A stretch of DNA of 64,000 nt. Source: Basidiobolus meristosporus CBS 931.73 (Eukaryota; Fungi; Basidiobolomycota). Below the pieces are notes generated by a model. It made no database searches. It saw nothing but the letters and a program-made list of their open reading frames with translations, and had not been told where the DNA came from. A program made the position numbers and the translations under genes. The stretch covers positions 39,220 through 103,219 of the forward strand of contig MCFE01000284.1 of NCBI GenBank assembly GCA_002104905.1. Direction: 5' to 3'. This document shows positions 1 through 11,820 of this stretch, one piece after another (position 1 is the stretch's first letter; the number at the start of each line of letters is the position of its first letter).

Positions 1-1003
1 AAACTTAACCTAGGCCCATTCAGTCCATAATGATGAGCACTAGACTGTGAAAGAGGCCCTAAATAGCCCTCAGATGAAGTTTTGGACATTTGCAATGACT
101 GAGGAATATCAGGCCCCAATGGAGAATCAAACTTGGGACTTAATCAAATTACCAATCAACCAGAGATCAATTGGATGCAGATGAGTCTTTATGACAAAGT
201 ACAAGGCTGATGCTACAATTGAAAGATACCAAACAGGACTTGTGGCCAAAGGATACTCTCAAACAAAAGGACTTGACTACACTGAGACCTTTGCACCTGT
301 TGCCAAGTTTAATTCCTTCAGATTGATATTGGTTATTGCAGCCAAATATTAGTTTTTTATACATCAAATGGATGTAAAAACTACATATTTGAATGGAGAA
401 CTTGATGAGAATGTTTATATGAACCAGCCTGATTGATTTGCTGACCAAGATAACCCGCAATTGGTCTGCAAGCTTAAAAAGTCTCTATATGAACTCATCA
501 ATCACAGAGAGCCTGGAATTGCAAAATAGATTCTTATTTGAAATCTTTGAGTTTCAGAAGGAGTAACACAGACTATAGTACATACTATAAGCCATATAGA
601 ACAAATCCAATTTGATTAGCTCTATATGTAGATGATTGTATTATAGCCACCAATTGTTGTAAAAGTCTGTAATTCCACCTAAATACTCACCTAACTTGGT
701 AACTTAGCTCATTACCTTATAATCCTAGGGAATACTGACCAAATTCCTTGTTGGGATCTACTTGGAATATTCTCACCAAAATACCAGGTACCCACAACAT
801 CAAAATTAGATAAGTTGTCCAAACAGTCCCAAGCTTTGCACACATGCTCTTGGAACCTTCCTTAACCTATTCTACATGCTTCTAATGCTGAGACCATGTA
901 AAAGTATGAATACTACTATTACATTCAATAAAACATTGAGTGAAAACCACATAATCTACTTGTTCTCCAGATCACTTCCAATATCTCCAAGACTCTTACA
1001 ACA

Positions 1004-1015
1004 GGTTATGAGCCC
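1004..1015 (+). other. Primer-binding site GGTTATGAGCCC (half-tRNA iMet type)
   Basis: Directly follows the 5' LTR and is complementary to the initiator tRNA-Met anticodon arm GGGCUCAUAACC. Related PBSs occur on the minus strand at 9992-10003 and 11552-11563. Confidence 0.85.
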
Positions 1016-3347
1016 AAAGTTGTCACTCTCTGCAATGTCTACTATTGCTATGACTGGAATTCTTCCCTCTGCTGAAAAGTTGGATGAATTTAACTACCAA
1101 TTGTAGAAGGTGAAGATGAAGATGCTGCCACAAGAGAGAGACCTTTGAGATATTGTTATGGGAGAAGAATGCCCTCCTAAAAATATTGGAGAGGAAGCCT
1201 TAAAGTACCAGTAGAAAGAACAGAGTGCCTTCAACTGCATTTGCCTTAGTATTAAAGACAAATTGCTAATTCAATGTTTAAGAGCAAAAACAGCAAAGAA
1301 TACCTGCAAGGCATTAGAGGACACCTACCAGTCATGTTTAGCTGCTAAGAATATGTATATGAGACAAAAATTCTATACTGCAAAGATGCAGCTGGGAGAA
1401 GAAATGAAAAATCTAATTAATAGAATTACCCTGCTGGTGGATGAGATGGAATCTGTGGGCATACCAACTACTAGTGAGGATGTGATAGTACCCATTCTGA
1501 ATAGCCTGACAGCCACATTTCAGGGCCTTGTATCAGTCCTAGAGTCCAGAACTGAAGATTTGACCTTGAATTACAAATATGGAAGGCTCCTGGATAAATA
1601 ACTAAGAAAATCAAGTTTCAATAAGAAGGAAGAAGAAAATGCTTCAATAATCAATGATAACCAACAAAGCAGGTACCCAAGGCCCTACTAAGGCAACAGC
1701 AACCTGTTTTGCAACTACTGCAAAAGGAAAGGACACTCATCAGACCATTTTCTCAAAAAGTGAGATAATCAGCAAAAGAAGCCTGAATATGGAACTACTG
1801 CAACAACTGAAGACAGACTATTCTTTGCTGCTCTAAATATGACCACAAGCAAGGATTCTCAGACATGGCATATTAACTCTGGAGTATCTCAGCACTTTAC
1901 ATACCAAAAAGAACTTTTTACTCAACACTATGGAAGTCCAATTAAGAAGGTTTTCATGGGTAACAATAGAGCACTTGATGCAGTGGGGGAAGGAACTATC
2001 AAAGTGAACCCTAAAAACAGTGAAGGAAGTCATACACTGACCTGTTAAGAAGTACTCTATGTACCAGAAATGGCCAAGAACCTACTATCTGAAAGCAAGG
2101 CCACAGCAGAAGGACTCAGTTTCAGCTTTGATAATTATGGATGCAGCATCAATGATCCTAATGGAGCCTGTATTGCTTTGGGTATCAGAGATCATAATCT
2201 ATACAAGCTGACTTATATATCATCATATCTGGCAGCCAATATAAGTAACGTACATGAGAAAACACCAATGCTTTGGCACAGGAGATTTGGGCACATCAAT
2301 TTTGATTATTTGTGCACAATGATCAAAGATCAGCTAATTTCTGGAGTAAAAATTGATCCCCCAGCTGATTGGGGTACTCTGAAGCCAGCATATATGGGAA
2401 ATAAGCAAGACAATTATTCAAGAGCTCTGGGTTAATTAAAACTAAGAAAAAGTAGATCTTACTCACTCAGATCTGTGTGGATCTACCCAAAATATCCCTT
2501 GAGCAGGATAGTGTATTTAATCACTTTTACTCATGAATATGCAAGATAGACATGGGTCTACTTCACAGAGAGAAAGTAAGAAGCTCTGCTTAAGTTCAGG
2601 GAGTTTAAAGCCATGGTGGAGATAGAAACTGGTGAGAAAATCAGGAAAATATGCCCCAACAATGGTGGAGGGTATATCTAAAAACTCTTCATCCACTTTT
2701 TTTGAGAGTAAAGCATACAGACTCTACAGTACTAAAGCAAAGAAGCTAATCAGTCCAGGGATGTGTTGTTAGATGAAAGCTTAAAATTTTCACAAAAAAT
2801 GACATTGGAAGATGATAAAAATCTGATCTCAAGTCCACTAATGGTCAGGATTGAATCAGATCAAAACAATGAAGCCTTTTTCACTCCAGAGGACACTACA
2901 ACCATGGTTCAGCCAAAATCAGTGCCCAGGAAAATCCCAAAAGTGATCATTCCAGTATTAAATGCCATAGATCCAACCAGACCAGAAATAGCCCAAATAC
3001 TATATCAATGAGGGTACAAACTTAGCCTATACCTATTCAGTCCATATTGGTGAGCCCCGGACTGTAAAAGAGGCCCTAGATAGCCCTCAGACAAAGTTTT
3101 GGAGATCCATAATGACTGAGGTATATCAGGCCCTGATGGAAAATCAAACTTGGGACTTAATCAAATTACCAATCAACCAGAAATCAATTGAATGCAGATG
3201 GGCCTTTAAGACTAAGTACAAGGCTGATGGTAAAGTTGAAAGATACCAAGCAAGGCTTGTGGCTAAAAGATACTCTCAAATAAAAGGACTTGACTGCACT
3301 GAGACCTTTGCACCGGTTGCCAAGTTTAATTCCTTCAGATTGATATT

Positions 3348-4081
3348 AGACTTGTTCCATTGGATAGTGCCACATTGAGCCATGAGTGCCAAATGATGCC
3401 ATAGTGTGCCAGAGAGGCCAAGTGAGCCTATACTTGGCCACAGAGTGTGAAACATGGATCTGCATCCTCATGCAAAGCAGCCCCTGTGTTTCACCTATGA
3501 TGTAGGAGAAAATCCATTTTTTGACGTTTTTTTGTGGATCAGTGTTATGCAGGATGTCTAAGAGCACAGAAGAACTGAAGACATGCATCAGGTACTCAAT
3601 ACTCATGGCACTCTGAATCTAGCTCCTGTGGCTTGTAACATGTCACAACAATGCATGGCACTATCTTGGTCCACTGGTACTCTCTGCAACTATAATTAAT
3701 TATTAGCCCTAAAGTAAGATCTATATAAAGCACTTATAGTGCCAGATAGTACCAGTGGACCAAGATAGTGCCATGCATTGTTGTGACATGTTACAAGCCA
3801 CAGGAGCTAGATTCAGAGTGCCATGGGTATTGAGTACCAAATGCATATTTTCAATCCTTTTGTGCTCTTACACATCCTGCACAACATTGACCTAAAAAAA
3901 AAGGTCAGAAAATGGATTTTCTCCAACACAATTGGTGAAACACAGGGGCTGCTTTGCGTGAAGATGCAGATCTATGTTTCACACTCTGTGGCCAAATATA
4001 GGCTCACTTAGCCTCCCTGGCACACTATGGCATCATTTGGCACTCATGGCTCAATATGGCACTATCCAACGGAACAAGTCT
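3348..4081. mobile_element. Non-autonomous foldback/MITE DNA element, about 348-bp inverted arms and about 38-bp spacer
   Basis: Termini AGACTTGTTCC...GGAACAAGTCT; arms about 3348-3695 and 3734-4081; 3-bp TSD ATT (3345-3347, 4082-4084). The interrupted copia RT sequence restores to GATTGATATTGG, as in the copy at about 323-334. Confidence 0.88.
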
Positions 4082-6458
4082 ATTGGCTATTGTAGCCCTA
4101 TATTGGTTTTTTAATCATCAAGTGGATGTAGAAACTACATATTTGAATGGAGAACTTGATGTGGATGTGTATATAGACCAGCCTGACAGGTTTTCTGCCT
4201 AAGACAGCTCCCATATTGGTCTACAAGCTTCAAGAATCTATATATGGTCTCAAACAATCACCAAGAGCCTAGAAATGCAAGAGAGATTTTTATTTGGAAT
4301 CTTTGAATTTCAAAAGGAGTAATGCTGACTCTAGTATATACTATAAGCCAGATAGAGCAAATCCAGCTCTATTAGCTCTATATGTGGATAGTCTTATTAT
4401 AGCTGCCAATAACCTTGCAACATTGGAAGAGACTAAATCCATCCTATCTAAGGAGTTCAAGATGTATAATCTAGGAGAACTCAGTTACTACTTTGGGATT
4501 AAGTTCTCCATAGACAGAAGTACCTAGACTATCACTCTAAGTCAGTCCAAGTATATTCAAAATATACTAAAGTACCAAATGGAAGACTGTAAACTGGCAG
4601 CTACCCCAATGACAATAAACCTTAACTTAATCAAAACTCAACCAAATCAAGAGAGCTTGGTCACATTTGAAAGCCCTGACTTTCCTTATCAGTCTATGGC
4701 TGGCAGTCTGATGTATAGCATGCTTGTAACATGTCCAGATATCTCATATTCAGTGGGAGTTGTCAGCCAGCATAATCAGAACTATGGATCTAATCATATT
4801 GCTGCAGTTAAGCGGATTTTTAGGTACTTGAAAGGAACTGCTGATATCTGCTTAAGATACACTTATAAGGATTCAGAACAGGATCTTGGGGGATATGCTG
4901 ATGATGATTGAGGATAAAACTTGGAAGGCAGAGGATCCACCACAGGATACAGTTTTCTTTACTGTAAAGGAGCAATTTCATATAATTTAAGAAAGCAACC
5001 AACTGTAGCACTCTCAACCACAGAGGCAGAGTATATGGCAGCCTGTGAAGTTACAAAAGAAGCAACAGGGCTAAGAAAGCTTTTTACAGACTGGGCCCTC
5101 TGTCAAAAAACACGTATTACTTTATTTCAGGATAATCAGGAATATATACTATCAGGTAGAAATCCAACTTTTCATGCTAGAACCAAGCACATAGATATTA
5201 GACATCATTTTATATGTGAAGATATAGAGAATATCTTAGTAAGCTTAGTTTACTGTCCTTCAGAAGAAATGATTGCAGAAATACTTACCAAGCCATTAGC
5301 TAGAGACAAGCTTGAATATCTTAGGTCAAAATTAGGGCTATTCAGTATGAACATTCAACTCAGTGGGAGTGTTACAAACATCTCTAATTCCACCTAAATA
5401 CTCACCTAACTTAGTCACTTAGATCATTACCTTCAAATCATAGGGGATACTGACCAAATTCCTTGTTGGTATTTACCTGCAATATTTCACCAAAACACCA
5501 GGCACATAGAACATCAAAATTAGATAAGTTGTCCAAGCAGCCCCCAACTTTGCACACATGCTCATGGGACCTTCCTTTGCTTATTCTATGTGCTTGTAAT
5601 GCCAAGACCATGTAAAAGTATAAGTACTACTTTTACTTTCAATAAATCATTAAGTGAAACCCACATAATCTACTTGTTTTCCCAGTAACTTCCAATATCT
5701 CCAAGACTCTTACAACACCAATAGTCTATAAAATTGGGAGACTAAGTGCAGCCTATCAAAGGAGTTAAGATGTCTGATTGAGGAAAGCTCAGTAACTACT
5801 TAGGGATCAAGTTCTCCATAGACAGAAGTACCCAGACTATCACCCTAAGCCAATCCAAGTATATTCAAGATATACTAAAGTAGTACCAAATGCAAGACTG
5901 TAAACTGGCAGCTACCCCATTGGAGACAAACCTTGAATTAGACAAAACTCAACCAAGCCCAAGAGAGCTTGGTGACATCTGAAAGCCCTGACTTTCCTTA
6001 TCAATCTATGGCTGGGAATTTGATGTATATTATGCTTGGAACATATCCATATATCTCATTTTCAGCTGGAATTGCCAGCCAGCACAATCAGAACTATGGA
6101 TCTGATCATATTACAGCAGTTACATGGACTTTTAGATATCTAAAAGGAACCGCTGATATCTGCTCAAGGTGCACCAAAAAGAATTCAGACACAATCTTGT
6201 GAGAAACTCTGATGCTGATTGGGGACAAAATTTAGATGACAGATGATCCTCCATGGGATATACTTTTGTTTGCTGTAGAGGAGCAATTTCATGGAACTCA
6301 AGAAAGCAACCCACTGTAGCACTTTCTACCTCAGAGGCAGAGTATATGGAAGCTTGTGAAGCTATCAGAGCAGCAATCTGGTTAAGGAAGCTTTTTAAGG
6401 ATTTAGACTTATATCAAAAAATGCCTTATACTTTCTTTCAAGATAGTAAATTATATAC

Positions 6459-9400
6459 TGTTGTACAAGTCTTAGAGAAATTGAAAGTGACTGGGAGGAC
6501 AAGTAGATTATGTGGTTCTCACTTAATGAGTTATTGAATGTAAAAGTAGTATTTATACTTTTACATGGTCTTGGCATAACAAACATGCAGAATAAACTAA
6601 GAAAGGTCCCAAAAGCATGTGTGCAAAGTTTGGGGCTGTTTGGACCACTTTGAGAATATTCATGTTCTGGGTATCTGGTATTATGGTGAAATATTCCAAG
6701 TAAATACCAAAATGGAATTTGGTCAGTATTCTGTAGGATTTGTAGGTAACAATCTAAGTGACTAAGTTAGGTGAGTATTTAGGTGGAATACACATGCTTA
6801 CAACACTCCCACTCAGCTAAATGCTCATACTGACTAGTCCTAATTTTGACCCAAGATATTCAAGTTTGTCTCTAGCTAATGGTTTGGGAAGTATATCTGC
6901 AATTATTTCATCTGAAGGACAGTAAACTAAGCTTACTAAGATTTCTTCAATAGCTTCACATATGAAATGATGTCAAATATCCATGTTTTTAGTTCTAGCA
7001 TAAATGTTGGATTTCTACCTATTTGTATACATCCTTGATTATCTAAAAATCCGCTTAACAGCTGCATTATGATCGGATCCATAGTTCTGATTATGCTGGC
7101 TGACTACTCCCACAGAATATGATATATCTGAATGTGTTCCAAGCATGATATACATCAGACTGCCAACCATAGATTGATAAGGAAAGCTGGGGCTTTCAGA
7201 TGGCACCAAGCTTTCTTGACTTAATTGATTTTAGTCTCTTCCAATGCTTCTAGGTTATTGGTGGCTATAAGATCATCCACATAGAGAGCTAATAGAGCTG
7301 GATTTGCTCTATCTAGCTAATAGTAGATACTATTGTCAGCATTACTCCTTTTGAAACTGAAAGATTACAAATAAGAATCTATCTTGCAATTCCAGGCTCT
7401 TGGTGATTGTTTGAGACCATAAAGAGACTTTTTCAGCTTGCAGACCAAATGAGGGCAATCTTGGCCAACAAGCCCATTGGACTGGTGCTTACACACATCC
7501 TCATTAAGTTCTTTATCCAAAAATGCAGTTTTTACATCCATTTGATGAATAAAAACTTATATTTGGCTGCAATAACCAATATCAATCTGATGAAATTAAA
7601 CTTGGCAACCAGTGCAAAGGTCTCAGTGTAGTCAAATTCTGTTGTTTGAGAGTATCCTTTGGCCACAAGTCTTGCTTGGTATCTTTCAATTGTACCATTA
7701 GCCTTCTCTCTTGTCTTGAAGACCCATCTACATCCAATTGATTTCTGGTTGATTGGCAATTTGACCAAGTCCCAAGTTTGTTTTCCATCAGGGCCTGATA
7801 TTCTTCAGTCATTGCGGATCTCCAAAACTTTGTCTGAGGGCTATTTAGGGCCTCTTGTACAGTCTGGGGTGCATCAATATGGACTGAATAGGTATAGGCC
7901 TAGTTTGTATCCTCATAGATGTAGTAATATGGGCTATATCTTGTCTGATTGGATCTTTGGGCATCTGATACTGGAATGATTATCTCTGGGATATTCCTGG
8001 GCACTGTCTCAAGCTGGGCCACAGCTGTAGAGTCCTCTGGAGTGAAGCAACTTTCATTGTTTTGCTCTGATTCAATCCTGACAATTGGTGGACTTGAGAT
8101 CAGATTTTTGTCACCATCTGATGTCATTTTTTGCAAATATTTTGAATTTTCATCAAACAACACATCCCTGGACTTGATAAGCTTCTTTGCTCTGGTATTG
8201 TAGAGTCTGTATGCTTTACTCTCATTGCAGTAGCCCAAAAATATGCATTTTACACTTTTTGGCTGAAATTTTAACTGATTTCCCGGCAGTTTCTTAGCTT
8301 ATGCTGTACACCCAAATATTCTTAGATGTCCTGCACTTGGTCTGTATCCATACCATGCTTCAAATGGAGTAGAATCATGAAGTATTTTGTTGTAACTCCT
8401 ATTTTTAAGGTATAAAGCTGTAGCAATTGATTCCACCCAAAAATTATAGGATAATTTTTGATCATGGATCATAAATCTTGCCATATCAATTGTTGATCTG
8501 TTTGCATGTTCTGCTACTTCATTTTACTGTGGGGAGTATGGTACAATAGTCTCTTGCTTTATCCCATGAATTTTGCAGAAGTGGATGAAATGTTGTGAGT
8601 TAAATACTCCACCATTGTCAAGTCAAATTTTCTTAATTTTTTCACCAGTTTCTCTCTCCACCATGGCTTTAAACTTCCTGAGCTTAGACAGAGCTTCTTC
8701 CTTTCTCTCCAAGAAGTAGACCCATGTGTATCTTGTAAAATCATCAATGTTTCTTCATATAAGTTACTTATATTGGCTTCCAAATATGATGGAATATAAG
8801 TCAACTTGTATAGATTATGATCTCTGATACCCTAAGCAATATGGGCTCCATTTTGATCAGTAATCTTGCATCCAGAATTTTCAAAGCTGAAACTGAGTCC
8901 TCCTGCAGTAGCCTTGCTTACAGATAGTAGGTTCTTGGCTATTTCTGGTACATAGAGTACTTCTTTAATGGTCAGTGTATGGCTTCCTTCACTGTTTCTA
9001 AGGTTTACTTGAATAGCTCCTTCTCCCACTGCATCAAGTGTTCTATTGTCATGCATGAAAACCTTCTTAATTGGACTTTCTTGGTATTAGGCAAAAAGTA
9101 CTTTATAGTATGCAAAGTGTTGACATACTCCAGAGTCAATATACCATGTCTGAGAATCCTTGTTTGTGGTTATATATAGTGCAGATATGAATAGTCTATC
9201 TTCAGTTGTTGCAGCATTTTCATATTCAGGTTTTTTCTGCTGATTATCTCTCTTTTTGAGGCACTGGTCTGATGTGTGTCCTTTCCTTTGCAGTAGCTAC
9301 AAAACAGGTTGCTATTGCCCTTGAAAGGTCTTAGGTATCTCATTTGTTGGTTATAACTGCTTATTAAAGCATTTTCTTCTTCCTTCTTATTGGTTCTTGA

Positions 9401-10335
9401 TTTTCTTAATTTTTCATCCAGGAGCCTTCTGTATATATAATTTATGGACAAATCTTCAGTTCTGGGCTCTAGGGCTGATACAAGGCCCTGAAACTTGGCT
9501 GTCAGGCTATTCAGGATGGTTACTATGACATCCTCATTGGTAGTAGGTATTCCCACAGATTCCATCTCATCCACCAGCAGGGTATTTCTGTAAATTAGAT
9601 TTTATTTCTTCTCCTGGCAGCATCTTTATAGTGAGGAATTTTTTCTCAGATACATTTTCTTAACAGCTGAACATGACAGGTAGGTGTGTTCTAATGCCTT
9701 CCAGGCATTCTTTGCTGTTTTTGCTCTTGAGCATTGATTAGCACTTTGTCTTTAACATTAAGGCAAATTCAGTTAAAGGCACTTTGTTCTTTCTACTGGT
9801 ACTTTAAGGCTTCCTCTCCCATATTTTTAGAAGGGCATTCTTCTCCCATGACAATATCCTAAAGGGTTCTTTCTTGTAGCAGCATCTTCATCTTCACCTT
9901 CCACACTTGGTAGTTAGATACATCCAACTTTTCAGCAGAGGGAAAAATTCCAGTAATAGCAGTAGTAGACATTGCAGAGAGTGACAGCTTGCGGCTCATA
10001 ACCTGTAGTAAGAGTCTTGGAGATATTGGAAGTGACTGGGAGGACAGGCAGATTATGTTGTTTGCACTTAATATATGATTGAATGTAAAAGTAGTATTTA
10101 TACTTTTGCATGGTCTTGGCATAACAAACATGTAGAATAGATTAAGGAAGGTCCTAAGAGCATGTGTGCAAAGTTTGGGGCTGCCTGGACAACTTACCTA
10201 ATTTTCATGTTCTGGGTAAATATTTCAAGTAAATCCTGACAAGGAATTTGGTCAGTATTCTCTAGGATTTGAAGGTAATGATCTAAGTGACCAAGTTAGG
10301 TGATTATTTAGGTGGAATTACAAGTTTCTACAACA
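6459..10335 (-). mobile_element. Ty1/copia element, minus strand, internally deleted and decayed
   Basis: 3' LTR 6459-6805 next to PPT (CTCCCACT on +); 5' LTR 10004-10335 next to PBS; flanks TATAC/TACAC (TSD with one mismatch); broken gag, integrase and RT frames (8299-8484, 7532-7768). Confidence 0.9.
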
Positions 10336-10375
10336 TACACAATTAAGTAGAAATCCAACTTTTCATGCTAGAACT

Positions 10376-10724
10376 TGTTGTAATTATTGAATTGTCACCT
10401 AAATATTCATGCTAACTTAGTCACATAGATCTTATTCTGTGATTAGCATTCTGTCCTGACTAGATTTCTTGTCGGGATTTACTTAGAATATTTTCACCAA
10501 ATTGTCAGGTACCCAGATTATTATTTTTCTCAAAGTCGTCCAAAAGACCCCAAACTTTGCACACATATTCTTGGGACCTTCCTTAACAAACTCTACACGT
10601 TTGTTTCCTCTACTTTATCAAAAGTATAAATACCATACTTTTGATCAATAAATCTACAAGTGAATAACATGTAAATCCTCTAGTTCTCCACATCACTTCC
10701 AATACTCCTCAGAATATTGCAACA
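10376..10724 (+). mobile_element. Solo copia LTR (second LTR subfamily)
   Basis: TGTTG..CAACA with perfect TSD GAACT (10371-10375, 10725-10729), inserted in the host RNase H; closely similar to the solo LTR at 43900-44248. Confidence 0.9.
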
Positions 10725-11269
10725 GAACTAAGTACATAGTTATTAGACTTCATTACATATGTGAAGCTATAAATATTAACTTAGTTAACCTAGCTTACTG
10801 TCCTACAGATGAAATAATTGCAGACATAATTACCAAACCATTAGCCAGACACAAATTTGAATATCTTAGGTCAAAATTAGGACTAGTTAGTATGAGCATT
10901 AATGGAGTGGGAGTGGCTGTAAAAGCTTGTAATTCCACCTAAATATTCACCTAACATAGTCACTTAGATCATTACCTACAAATCCTAGAGAATACTGACC
11001 AAATTTGTTGTTGGGATTTACTTAAAATATTTGACCATAATACCAGATAACCAGAACATGAAAATTTAGAAAATTAGATAGGATGTCCCAACAGCCCCAA
11101 GCTTTGTACACATGTCATGGGACCATTTTAAACCTATGATATTTGTTTTCTATACCAAGACCATGTAAAGTGTAAATGCTACTTTTGCATTCAATAAATC
11201 ATTAAGTGAAAACCACAAAATCTACTTGTTCTCCAAGTCACTTCCAATATCTCCAAGACTCTTACAACA

Positions 11270-11820
11270 CTCTTTGCTGTTATTGCTCCTGAGCATTGAA
11301 CTAGCAGCTTGTTGTTGACTTCAAGGCAAATGCAGCTCAAAGTAAGTTGTTCTATTCTGTGGTACCTGAGAGCTTCTGCTACAACATTGAGAAAGTATTC
11401 TTCTTCCATAATAACAGCCCAGTAGCTTCTTTTCTATAAAGCCATCCTCAGTTTCACCCACCAGACTTGGTTGCTGGAAGCATCCAGCTTTTCAGCAGAG
11501 GGAGAAGCTCTAGTGATAGCAGTAGTAGACACCCCAGAGAGTGATGACTTAGGGCTCATAGCCTGTTATAGGAATTCAGGTGATGCACAAAGTGATTAGA
11601 AGGACAGGTATAACTCAAGAACATACATGCAAAGTTTGTGACTGTTTGGAAAATTTTGAGCTTTCATGTCCTGGGAACCTCACATTTTGGTGAAATATTC
11701 CAAGTAAACCCCAACAAAGAATTTGGGCAGAATACATCAAGACTTGTAGCCTATGAACCAGGTGACTAAGCTAAGTAAATATTTAGATGCAAATTTATCA
11801 GCATGCGCAGGCCTACACCA
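11270..11820 (-). mobile_element. Older copia 5' fragment (gag start, PBS and degenerate 5' LTR)
   Basis: Gag-like frame similar to that at 9700-9990; PBS-like GGCTATGAGCCC (11552-11563, minus); LTR-like sequence from 11564 to about 11820. Confidence 0.65.

Larger units (their letters stand above)
655..5717 (+). mobile_element. Ty1/copia element with both LTRs, decayed and internally deleted
   Basis: LTRs 655-1003 (TGTTG..CAACA) and 5370-5717 (TGTTA..CAACA); 5-bp TSD CCAAT at 650-654 and 5718-5722; PBS 1004-1015; PPT AGTGGGAG before the 3' LTR. Broken frames of gag, protease (WHINSGVSQH), GAG-pre-integrase (LWHRRFGHIN), RT and RNase H in copia order. Confidence 0.93.
1..11269 (+). mobile_element. 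Decayed Ty1/copia host element (RT/RNase H and 3' LTR; 5' part outside window), split by three nested insertions
   Basis: Copia RT motifs (RxVAKGYSQ, ETFAPVAKFNS, HQMDVK, LYVDD) at 1-654. Sequence resumes at 5723 (RT/RNase H, SRKQPTVALSTSEAEY), at 10341 and at 10730. PPT GGAGTGGGAG precedes the 3' LTR 10914-11269 ending CAACA. Many stops and frameshifts. Confidence 0.85.

Noticed and set aside
876-1106. Recurrent short ORFs of the MFVMPRPCKS type (also 6395, 9859, 49581, 50091)
   Set aside because: Chance frames within copia LTR copies, of variable length.
3346-4011. Similar ORFs 3346-3606 (-) and 3823-4011 (+)
   Set aside because: Mirror-image translations of the MITE arms with no protein motifs.
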